A program made the position numbers and the translations under genes. A DNA stretch of 64,000 nt, from NCBI RefSeq assembly GCF_006345805.1, contig NC_043008.1, positions 71,548,001-71,612,000 of the forward strand, in the 5' to 3' direction. The stretch comes from Octopus sinensis (lineage: Eukaryota). The notes below the pieces were generated by a model. It was not told the origin of the DNA, made no database searches, and saw nothing but the letters and a program-made list of their open reading frames with translations. Each line of letters begins with the position of its first letter. The stretch's first letter is position 1. Positions 54,701 to 64,000 of the stretch are shown one piece after another.

Positions 54701-54988
54701 AACTACAAAAAAGATGAGGACAAATATCCATCAAAAGTAAATAATGTATCACTCATGATCCATTAACAATACCAGATTACATTGATCTACGTTATAATAG
54801 CTTCAACTCCGGAATTGAATTAATCATACTGCCTTCATTTATAAGATGTAATAATCTGTTGTAGTATGTAAATTTCTATAGTATGTCTTTACACGCAGAC
54901 ACATATATGTATATGTTAACACTAGTTGAAGTACACGGTAATAAATCAAACATTTTCCGTCAAATTTCGAATTTTTCAAACACTTTAA

Positions 54989-55334
54989 ATCTATATTAAT
55001 AGGTAGGACCAGCTTGACGAAAAAATGTGCAGAGTCATTTTTCTGCATGTGCGTAAAATGGCGAAATTTTACGCTTTTGGGCAGTTTTCGTGAAATCGAT
55101 GTTACGAAGGCTAGTGCGCAAAATCCCTAAATTTTGCTTGAGAAATAAGATGGTCTTACCTAATCAAAACCTGAAACGTTGTGGAATTAAAACAACGTAT
55201 TGAAATAATGATTTTCAGCAAATCCAAACAATTATGCCCACGCGTCAAGTTTCATCAAAGTCTGTTGGATAGTCTCGGAGGAATTAAAATAACAAATTCA
55301 TGAACACACAAACTTGCCATTTATTATTATAGAT
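54989..55334. mobile_element. Small non-autonomous element with ~13 bp inverted ends
   Basis: ATCTATATTAATA ... TATTATTATAGAT. Confidence 0.4.
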
Positions 55335-55599
55335 GCACGAATATGTGTGTGTGTGTGTGTATGCGTGTGTGTATGTATGTGTGTGTGTTTGTGTGTATGT
55401 ATTCCTTTCAAACATAGTCAGAAAACCAGTGTGTAGGTTTCCTTGTTCTCATTACGCATTGCAACACAAATTTACAAGCAAATTACTTCTGATAAAAACA
55501 TACATTCATACAAATAGTATAAAGAGATACAACAGCTGATAAATGAAACGTAGTTTGAAAGCTAATCTTCACAAGGTAAAAATACATCTCACAGCTCTA

Positions 55600-56171
55600 A
55601 ACACCCCTTGTACCTCAATCCTTTCTCTCTCTCTTTGTTTCCTTTGCCCCCTTTCTTTTCTCTTTCTTCTGTCACGTGACCGCTGGTCAAAATCAGCCTT
55701 TTGGCCTTCGACCAGCGCCGTGAGAACATCTGTTGTCTTCGTCTGCCGATAAAGGCATTTTTTCAAAATGCGCCAGCTAAACTTGTATTGTTTATTAGTC
55801 GTAAGACACCCGCGGTTTTTGTCCTGTTTTTACCATTATTGTTTTTTGTATTTTATATTCGTGTGGCATCGTCCGTTTTTCTGTCCCTGTTTCGTATACA
55901 TTCGATCCTTCTTCCAAGAAATCTAATGCTCGTAGATTAGTTTTCCTTGGGGCTGGCCGGATCGGAACGATATCAAGATTAATCAGCCGAAATTGCTACG
56001 ATGATCCGGTTCTTGACTGAAGATTGACGGCTTCGAATGTCCCGTCCGTGTTTTTTGTATCGTCTTCTAAATGTTTTACGTTCTTGTCCCAGTTTGTATT
56101 TTTCTACATAAAATAATATATATAGCGGCGTCCGTACCCTCGTTGGCCTTATATGTAAGTACATATTCTAT

Positions 56172-56173
<2 letters not shown>
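55600..56173 (+). repeat. Diverged relative of the 850-bp tandem unit at 60698-62857
   Basis: Shared blocks GTCACGTGAC, CATTCGATCCTTCTTCC, CAAGATTAATCAGCCGAAATT.CTACGATGATCCGGTTCTTGACTGAAGA. Confidence 0.85.
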
Positions 56174-56211
<38 letters not shown>

Positions 56212-56265
56212 TATATATGAAAAAACAAGTAAAAATAGAAAATGCTAAAATAATTTTATAGTGAA

Positions 56266-56313
56266 CATTTCAGTACCGGTTTCGGTCATTTTGAGACCTT
56301 TTCAACTGTAACG
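56266..56313 (-). ncRNA. Minimal type I hammerhead, U3-A8 variant (left arm)
   Basis: CGUUACAG-UUGAAAA-GGUC-UCAAAAU-GACC-GAAA-CCGG-UA-CUGAAAUG. Confidence 0.7.
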
Positions 56314-56874
56314 ATTAAATAATTAAATTTAGAAAAATTAGAAGAAAAGTTTTTTTAAAAGAATATTTCTATAGTAGTGCTCAGATCTAAGTGGCATTCT
56401 GCCTTTCTCTGACTCCCTTGTTTGCACTTGTGTGTTCGAGGTAGTTGTGAGTTCTTGGTAGGGTAGTAGAGGGAAGGCTGGTGAGGAAAAGGGGGTGGGA
56501 GAATCTGGGAGTGCCCTGATGGTCGTATTTTGAATGGTCAGTGGCGGCTGGCAGTCTCAGTTCAATTCAGGAGAATATTTATATTGACAGGCTTGTTTAT
56601 AGAATTAGCGTAGGTGTTATACTAAAAAACATTAGTGACAAACTTAAGGGGTAGGGGGTGGAGAAGAAGAAGAAGAGAAGAAGAAGAAGAAGAAGGAGAA
56701 GGAGAAGGAGAAGATGACGATGATGGTGATGGTGGTGATGATTATGACGACGATGATGATGATAACGATGATGATGAAGAAGAAGAAGAAGAAGAAGAAG
56801 GAGGAGAAAGAGAATATGGTGGTGATGATGGTGGCGATGATGATGATGCCGATGATGATGATAACGATGATGAT

Positions 56875-56907
<33 letters not shown>

Positions 56908-57038
56908 AAAACAGAGAAGGGAGAATATGAATGGGTGTAAATATAGCTATGAAGGGGCTGATTAGTAATGGATTCTATGGAGTGTAGTATTTGTGTGTGT
57001 ATATATATTTTTTTCTTTTATTCTAAAGTTGAGGTATA

Positions 57039-58159
57039 TTAATTGTTTGTCGTAGACCCGTTAAGAAGTGGCTTGTATTTTGTAATAAAGAGATTTTCTT
57101 TACTTATTCGTTGTCTCGAGGTTGTATCGTCCCTAAATTGGTAGAGGGGGAAAATTCTGAAGTTTGGTGTTTTTTTGTTGGCGCAAGTATCTATGTGTTG
57201 GCTAAAAGCTATTTTTCTGTTTTGGGGAATTTTTATCTGGGATCTGTGCAGGGCCATTCGTTTACGCAAACCATTTTTTGTTTGGCCTATGTACTGCTCT
57301 TGACACCCGGAGCAGGTTAGTGAGTATATTAGGTTCTCCGAAGCACATGTGAAGTTGCTTTTCACTGTAAAACGTTGTCCCTGTTTGAAGGAGAACTCAG
57401 AACCCTCGATTAGATAGTCGCATATCCCGCAATGGGTCTTCCACATTTTTTTACTGTCGGCTTCTGTGTTGAAGAGTGAATTCGGGCTTGTGTAAGGAGA
57501 CTTTTCATGGATCTAGGCTGTCTTTTGCTTTTTATGATCGTGTGTGTTTGGAGGATTGTGTTCATTCTGTGGTCTTTTTTTAGGAGGGGTATGTTGTGGA
57601 GGATGGTTTCGAAGGCTTCGTTATTGAGAGGGTTGTGTGTGGAGATGTATGGTAAGGCTTTTGGTCGTAAGTTTTTCTTTGATTTGGGATGTCTCAGTTC
57701 CTTGATGTTAAGTTGAAGGGCACGTTGAATGCATTTGTCAATAAGTGAAGGTGGATAGTTCCTGGTGATTAGGGTATCTTTTAGTTCTTGTAGCCGTGTG
57801 TCTCTGGTGTTTGCGTTAGAGACTATAGTGCATATCCTTTTTGCTAGATTGAAGGGGATATTCATCCTGGTGTGTCTGGGGTGGCATGAATTGAATGGAA
57901 GATATTGCTTAGAGTCTGTAGGCTTATAGTATATGTCTGTTTCTATTATATTATTAGCTTTCTTAATGAGGATATCGAGGAAGGGGAGTTGTTGTTGGCT
58001 ATATTCCATCGTGAATTGGATGTTTACGTCCAGTCCGTTTAAAATTTTCTGGAATTCTATGAGTTTTTCTATATTTTTATGCCAAAGGATGAAACAGTCA
58101 TCTAGATATCTCTTCCAGTTGTTTTCTATGTAGATGGAGAAAGGGCTGCCATATCTTTC
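57039..58159 (-). pseudogene. Inverted copy of the PLE RT C-terminus and GIY-YIG domain
   Basis: ORFs 57410-58009 and 57039-57446; one frameshift at ~57433. Confidence 0.9.
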
Positions 58160-58168
58160 ACAAGTAAA

Positions 58169-59843
58169 CTAGCCAATTCTACGGTATACCTAAGATCCAC
58201 AAAAGTGAAAAAATAAGCAACGCATGCAAGATAGCTACAGACAAAATAATTAAAGTCCCTAATCCTAATGACCTCAAATTGAGACCCATAATAGCAGGTC
58301 CCGCATGCGAAACCCACCGCCTCAGTAACTTTTTAGACACCCTGTTAAAACCACTCCTCAAACATGTCAAAAGCTATATAAGGGACGACTTAGATATGCT
58401 CAATCACCTACCGAATACTATAAACAAAAACACCATACTGGTATCCTTCGATGTAGTCAATCTCTACTCCAATATCCCCCACAACCTAGGACTAGAGGCA
58501 ATCCAATTCTGGCTAGAGAATCACGCCAACGAACTACCACACCGCATCAAAAAAGAATTTGTGATAGAAGGGGTTAAATTCATCCTGGAAAATAACTTCT
58601 TCGCCTTCAATGACAACTTCTACCGACAAAAATCGGGGACTGCGATGGGTACACGAATGGCCCCCTTCTTTGCCAACCTAGTCATAGGATACCTAGAGAT
58701 CAGTCTGTATCGTAAGGTTCTAGAAAGATATGGCAGCCCTTTCTCCATCTAAATAGAAAACAACTGGAAGAGATATCTAGATGACTGTTTCATCCTTTGG
58801 CATAAAAATATAGAAAAACTCATAGAATTCCAGAAAATTTTAAACGGACTGGACGTAAACATCCAATTCACGATGGAATATAGCCAACAACAACTCCCCT
58901 TCCTCGATATCCTCATTAAGAAAGCTAATAATATAATAGAAACAGACATATACTATAAGCCTACAGACTCTAAGCAATATCTTCCATTCAATTCATGCCA
59001 CCCCAGACACACCAGGATGAATATCCCCTTCAATCTAGCAAAAAGGATATGCACTATAGTCTCTAACGCAAACACCAGAGACACACGACTACAAGAACTA
59101 AAAGATACCCTAATCACCAGGAACTATCCACCTTCACTTATTGACAAATGCATTCAACGTGCCCTTCAACTTAACATCAAGGAACTGAGACATCCCAAAT
59201 CAAAGAAAAACTTACAACCAAAAGCCTTACCATACATCTCCCACACAACCCTCTCAATAACGAAGCCTTCGACACCATCCTCCACAACATACCCCTCCTA
59301 AAAAAAGACCACAGAATGAACACAATCCTCCAAACACACACGATCATAAAAAGCAAAAGACAGCCTAGATCCATGAAAAGTCTCCTTACACAAGCCCGAA
59401 TTCACTCTTCAACACAGAAGCCGACAGTAAAAAAATGTGGAAGACCCAATTGCGGGATATGCGACTATCTAATCGAGGGTTCTGAGTTCTCCTTCAAACA
59501 GGGACAACGTTTTACAGTGAAAAGCAACTTCACATGTGCTTCGGAGAACCTAATATACTCACTAACCTGCTCCGGGTGTCAAGAGCAGTACATAGGCCAA
59601 ACAAAAAATGGTTTGCGTAAACGAATGGCCCTGCACAGATCCCAGATAAAAATTCCCCAAAACAGAAAAATAGCTTTTAGCCAACACATAGATACTTGCG
59701 CCAACAAAAAAACACCAAACTTCAGAATTTTCCCCCTCTACCAATTTAGGGACGATACAACCTCGAGACAACGAATAAGTAAAGAAAATCTCTTTATTAC
59801 AAAATACAAGCCACTTCTTAACGGGTCTACGACAAACAATTAA
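58169..59843 (+). pseudogene. PLE reverse transcriptase + GIY-YIG endonuclease (one stop, one frameshift)
   Basis: FYGIPKIHK, LRPII, SFDVVNLYSNI, GTAMGT, RYLDD (58771-58785), LPFLDI, YYKPT, NLIYSLTC...YIGQT; TAA at 58750; 1-nt deletion at ~59241. Confidence 0.95.
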
Positions 59844-60550
59844 TATACCTCAACTTTAGAATAAAAGAAAAAAATATATATACACACACAAATACTACAC
59901 TCCATAGAATCCATTACTAATCAGCCCCTTCATAGCTATATTTACACCCATTCATATTCTCCCTTCTCTGTTTTTTCTTCTTCTTCTTCTTCCTCTTCTT
60001 CTTCATCATCATCGTTATCATCATCATCGGCATCATCATCATCGCCACCATCATCACCACCATCTTCTCCTTCTCCTCCTCCTTCTTCTTCTTCTTCATC
60101 ATCATCGTTATCATCATCATCGTCGTCATAATCATCACCACCATCACCATCATCGTCATCTTCTCCTTCTCCTTCTCCTTCTTCTTCTTCTTCTTCTTCT
60201 TCTCCACCCCTACCCCTTAAGTTTGTCACTAATGTTTTTTAGTATAACACCTACGCTAATTCTATAAACAAGCCTGTCAATATAAATATTCTCCTGAATT
60301 GAACTGAGACTGCCAGCCGCCACTGACCATTCAAAATACGACCATCAGGGCACTCCCAGATTCTCCCACCCCGCTTTCCTCACCAGCCTTCCCTCTACTA
60401 CCCTACCAAGAACTCACAACTACCTCGAACACACAAGTGCAAACAAGGGAGTCAGAGAAAGGCAGAATGCCACTTAAATCTGAGCACTACTATAGAAATA
60501 TTCTTTTAAAAAAACTTTTCTTCTAATTTTTCTAAATTTAATTATTTAAT

Positions 60551-60598
60551 CGTTACAGTTGAAAAGGTCTCAAAGTGACCGAAACCGGTACTGAAATG
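60551..60598 (+). ncRNA. Minimal type I hammerhead, U3-A8 variant (right arm)
   Basis: CGUUACAG-UUGAAAA-GGUC-UCAAAGU-GACC-GAAA-CCGG-UA-CUGAAAUG; predicted cut after A60590. Confidence 0.7.
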
Positions 60599-60697
60599 TT
60601 CACTATAAAATTATTTTAGCATTTTCTATTTTTTACTTGTTTTTTCATATATATCAACTCGTGTGTTCCTTTTCACCCATATACATATATATATAAG

Positions 60698-62857
60698 TCT
60701 GCCTTTCAGCTCCTGACCCTCGTCGTGTTAACATCGTTGTTTTGCGTCCGCCGCTATAAAGGCTTCTTCCAATGCGCCAGAGAAAAAAATTTTTTTGCTT
60801 GTTATCAGTCGTAAGACACTTGTTGTTTTCACCGTTAATGCTTCTGTATTTCATGTTTCTGTATTCCATTATTGTTTTTTGTTATTTTTATATCTGTCCC
60901 TTTTGCTGTCCTGGTGTTCGTATGCATTCGATCCTTCTTCCAGGAAATCTACGCTTCCAGCTTAGTTTTTCTAATGCTCGTTGCTTAGTTTTTCTTGGAG
61001 GGCTGGCCGTGATCTAGTAATCTCAAGATTAATCAGCCGAAATTACTACGATGATCCGGTTCTTGACTGAAGACTGAGGGTTCGAGTGTCCTGTCCGTGT
61101 TTATGTGTCGTCTTCTAAGAGTTATACGTTCTTGTCCATGTTGTATTTTTCTACATACCTTAACATATATTCCAGGCGCCCCGTACCCCCCTTATCATTA
61201 ATGTGAGCACATATTCTTAATAATTGGTACGACTCTCTGTTGTCTCTCTCTCTCTCTCTCATTTTTACTTGATCTGTCCCCCTCTCTCTCTTTTCTCTCT
61301 ACTCATCCTCTTTTTCTCTTCTCTTTCCTCTGATTCTTTGGTCTAGTCTTCCACTACCCTCCTATTCTTTGTCTCGCTCTGCACTCACATGTCATTCTTC
61401 GACACCCATCCCTTCTCCTCTCTGATTCCTTCTTTCTCTCTCTTCTCTCCCTTTGTTGCGTTTGTCCCTCCTCTCTCTCTCTCTTCCTTGCTTCTCTTTC
61501 TTTTCTTTTCCCTCTTCTCTGTCACGTGACTGTGGCCGAAATCTGCCTTTCAGCTCCTGACCCTCGTCGTGTTAACATCGTTGTTTTGCGTCCGCCGCTA
61601 TAAAGGCTTCTTCCAATGCGCCAGAGAAAAAATTTGTTTGCTTATTATCAGTCGTAAGACACTTGTTGTTTTCACCGTTAATGCTTCTGTATTTCATGTT
61701 TCTGTATTCCATTATTGTTTTGTTTTTTTTATATCTGTCCCTTTTGCTGTCCTGGTGTTCGTATGCATTCGATCCTTCTTCCAGGAAATCTACGCTTCCA
61801 GCTTAGTTTTTCTAATGCTCGTTGCTTAGTTTTTCTTGGAGGGCTGGCCGTGATCTAGTAATCTCAAGATTAATCAGCCGAAATTACTACGATGATCCGG
61901 TTCTTGACTGAAGACTGAGGGTTTCGAGTGTCCTGTCCGTGTTTATTGTGTCGTCTTCTAAGAGTTATACGTTCTTGTCCATGTTGTATTTTTCTACATA
62001 CCTTAACATATATTCCAGGCGCCCCGTACCCCCCTTATCATTAATGTGAGCACATATTCTTAATAATTGGTACGACTCTCTGTTTGTCTCTCTCTCTCTC
62101 TCTCTCATTTTTACTTGATCTGTCCCCCTCTCTCTCTTTTCTCTCTACTCATCCTCTTTTTCTCTTCTCTTTCCTCTGATTCTTTGGTCTAGTCTTCCAC
62201 TACCCTCCTATTTCTTTGTCTCGCTCTGCACTCACAGGTCATTCTTCGACACCCATCCCTTCTCCTCTCTGATTCCTTCTTTCTCTCTCTTCTCTCCCTT
62301 TGTTGCGTTTGTCCCTCCTCTCTCTCTCTCTTCCTTTGCTTCTCTTTCTTTTCTTTTCCCTCTTCTCTGTCACGTGACTGTTGGCCGAAATCTGCCTTTC
62401 AGCTCCTGACCCTCGTCGTGTTAACATCGTTGTTTTGCGTCCGCCGCTATAAAGGCTTCTTCCAATGCGCCAGAGAAAAAATTTGTTTGCTTATTATCAG
62501 TCGTAAGACACTTGTTGTTTTCACCGTTAATGCTTCTGTATTTCATGTTTCTGTATTCCATTATTGTTTTTTGTTTTTTTTATATCTGTCCCTTTTGCTG
62601 TCCTGGTGTTCGTATGCATTCGATCCTTCTTCCAGGAAATCTACGCTTCCAGCTTAGTTTTTCTAATGCTCGTTGCTTAGTTTTTCTTGGAGGGCTGGCC
62701 GTGATCTAGTAATCTCAAGATTAATCAGCCGAAATTACTACGATGATCCGGTTCTTGACTGAAGACTGAGGGTTTCGAGTGTCCTGTCCGTGTTTATTGT
62801 GTCGTCTTCTAAGAGTTATACGTTCTTGTCCATGTTGTATTTTTCTACATACCTTAA
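60698..62857 (+). repeat. Tandem array of ~2.5 copies of a ~845-850 bp unit
   Basis: Unit starts at 60698, 61542 and 62391; near-identical apart from small indels; each full unit ends in a CT-rich tract plus GTCACGTGAC. Confidence 0.95.
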
Positions 62858-62911
62858 TATATATATATATATATATATAGATATATATATATATATTATA
62901 TATATATAATA

Positions 62912-62942
<31 letters not shown>

Positions 62943-63022
62943 CAGAGAAAGAGCGAGAGAGACGTTTATATAAGTTCTTTGATAAAGAACACATTCTCAT
63001 ACATAAATCCATCCATGTTTGA

Positions 63023-63126
<104 letters not shown>

Positions 63127-63137
63127 GTGTGTACATG

Positions 63138-63194
<57 letters not shown>

Positions 63195-63196
63195 TA

Positions 63197-63241
<45 letters not shown>

Positions 63242-63722
63242 GAAAGAGAAAGAGAGAGAGAGACGTTTATATAAGTTTATTGATAAAGAACATATTCTCT
63301 GAAGAAGAAATAAACCAAGGGGTAACGAAGTACTCTAAGACTGCCATATTTTTTCTTAACAATTTCCTACCAGATCACTTTATTGCTTTCAAATTAATCT
63401 GAATAGTTTGTCAGGCAATTACATTACAACTGACGTTCTTCTATAGGTTAAAGTTTTTCTGTCTCTATTTCGCTTTTCAGAGGAAGAACAACAACTATAA
63501 ACATCTGGTGTTCTATTTTTCTTAGAGTAGATTGACAGAAAGTGCCGTATATGGGAAGACGCCTTAATTTGAGAATTATATACACACTATTTTTTAAAAT
63601 CCTTTATAAGACGACACATAGGTCTCCAAGAGCTACTGACATTCTCCACGGCTCAATTGAATTCAAAAACACCGTATAACTGTCACATCTGAGATGGTGC
63701 TGCTGCTATACACACGCAGCAC

Positions 63723-63753
<31 letters not shown>

Positions 63754-63754
<1 letters not shown>

Positions 63755-64000
63755 GAGTGAGTGAGCAGAGCATGCCATCAAAGTGACACTGGGGTAAAAT
63801 ATACGAAGCCCAGTATACCCATCATGACTACCCGTCTGATAAGGGTACACCAGGCACATGCATCACAACCATATGTGCGCGACATGGTGATCTCATATCA
63901 AGATAAACAGCACATGACCTTGCAGGTGGAGCCCAGTTAGAATTTTCTTCAGATCGAGTAACCCATCCCGCTCAAAAGGTCTCTGAATAAGGGTTGTTTA
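63754..64000 (-). mobile_element. Probable retroelement 3' end with (AAT)n tail
   Basis: Unique-looking sequence ending in an (ATT)n run at 63724-63753; family not identified. Confidence 0.45.

Larger units (their letters stand above)
53863..54750. mobile_element. Penelope-like 3' fragment as a head-to-head palindrome (arms ~53863-54288 and ~54316-54750)
   Basis: Inverted arms; + arm encodes a GIY-YIG-type C-terminus, then a tRNA-like segment, then a hammerhead motif. Confidence 0.8.
56211..60654. mobile_element. Penelope-like element, 5'-truncated, as a 4.4 kb head-to-head palindrome
   Basis: Arms 56211-58159 (-) and 58723-60654 (+); the unique 563-bp centre extends the + RT; TA runs at both outer ends. 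Confidence 0.95.

Noticed and set aside
55979-56164. Resemblance of RKTFRRRYKKH...IIVAISAD to PLE GIY-YIG or DKG motifs
   Set aside because: Too short, lacks the diagnostic residues, and is followed by stops.
56211-60654. Palindrome as a pure sequencing foldback artefact
   Set aside because: The arms differ by several substitutions and in triplet-tract composition, and the centre has a coherent unique RT extension. It still needs read confirmation.
61885-61945. Hammerhead in the 850-bp unit (CTGAAGA with a nearby GAAA)
   Set aside because: No helix I or II pairing in type I, II or III topology, in either this family or the 55600 relative.
60698-62857. CRISPR-like or prokaryotic repeat array
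   Set aside because: Units are long and wholly repeated with no unique spacers, no cas genes are present, and the context is eukaryotic.

Overview
AT-rich eukaryotic (metazoan) genomic DNA, very probably an octopus/coleoid cephalopod. That call is an inference from the dense (TA)n/(CA)n/(ATT)n microsatellites and from tRNA-derived SINE families I recognise. I could not confidently identify any host protein-coding gene, and most entries in the ORF track are microsatellite translations. The window is a mosaic of transposon-derived sequence: a near-complete CR1-like LINE, two RTE fragments, a Dong/R4-like REL LINE in (ATT)n, four mariner relics, many SINEs and several MITE/foldback elements. The most interesting signal is a set of Penelope-like element (PLE) derivatives. 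Most form head-to-head palindromes, most sit beside (TA)n, and they carry minimal type I hammerhead-ribozyme motifs with different cores: UUGAAAA (U3-A8) in a 4.4 kb RT/GIY-YIG palindrome, CUGUUGA (A6U) in a short non-autonomous element, and a tRNA-like head plus hammerhead in a 0.9 kb palindrome. PLE-associated hammerheads are an established class, so any novelty lies in these particular variants and combinations. All folds were assigned by eye and none has been tested. Some single-base indels may be long-read assembly errors.
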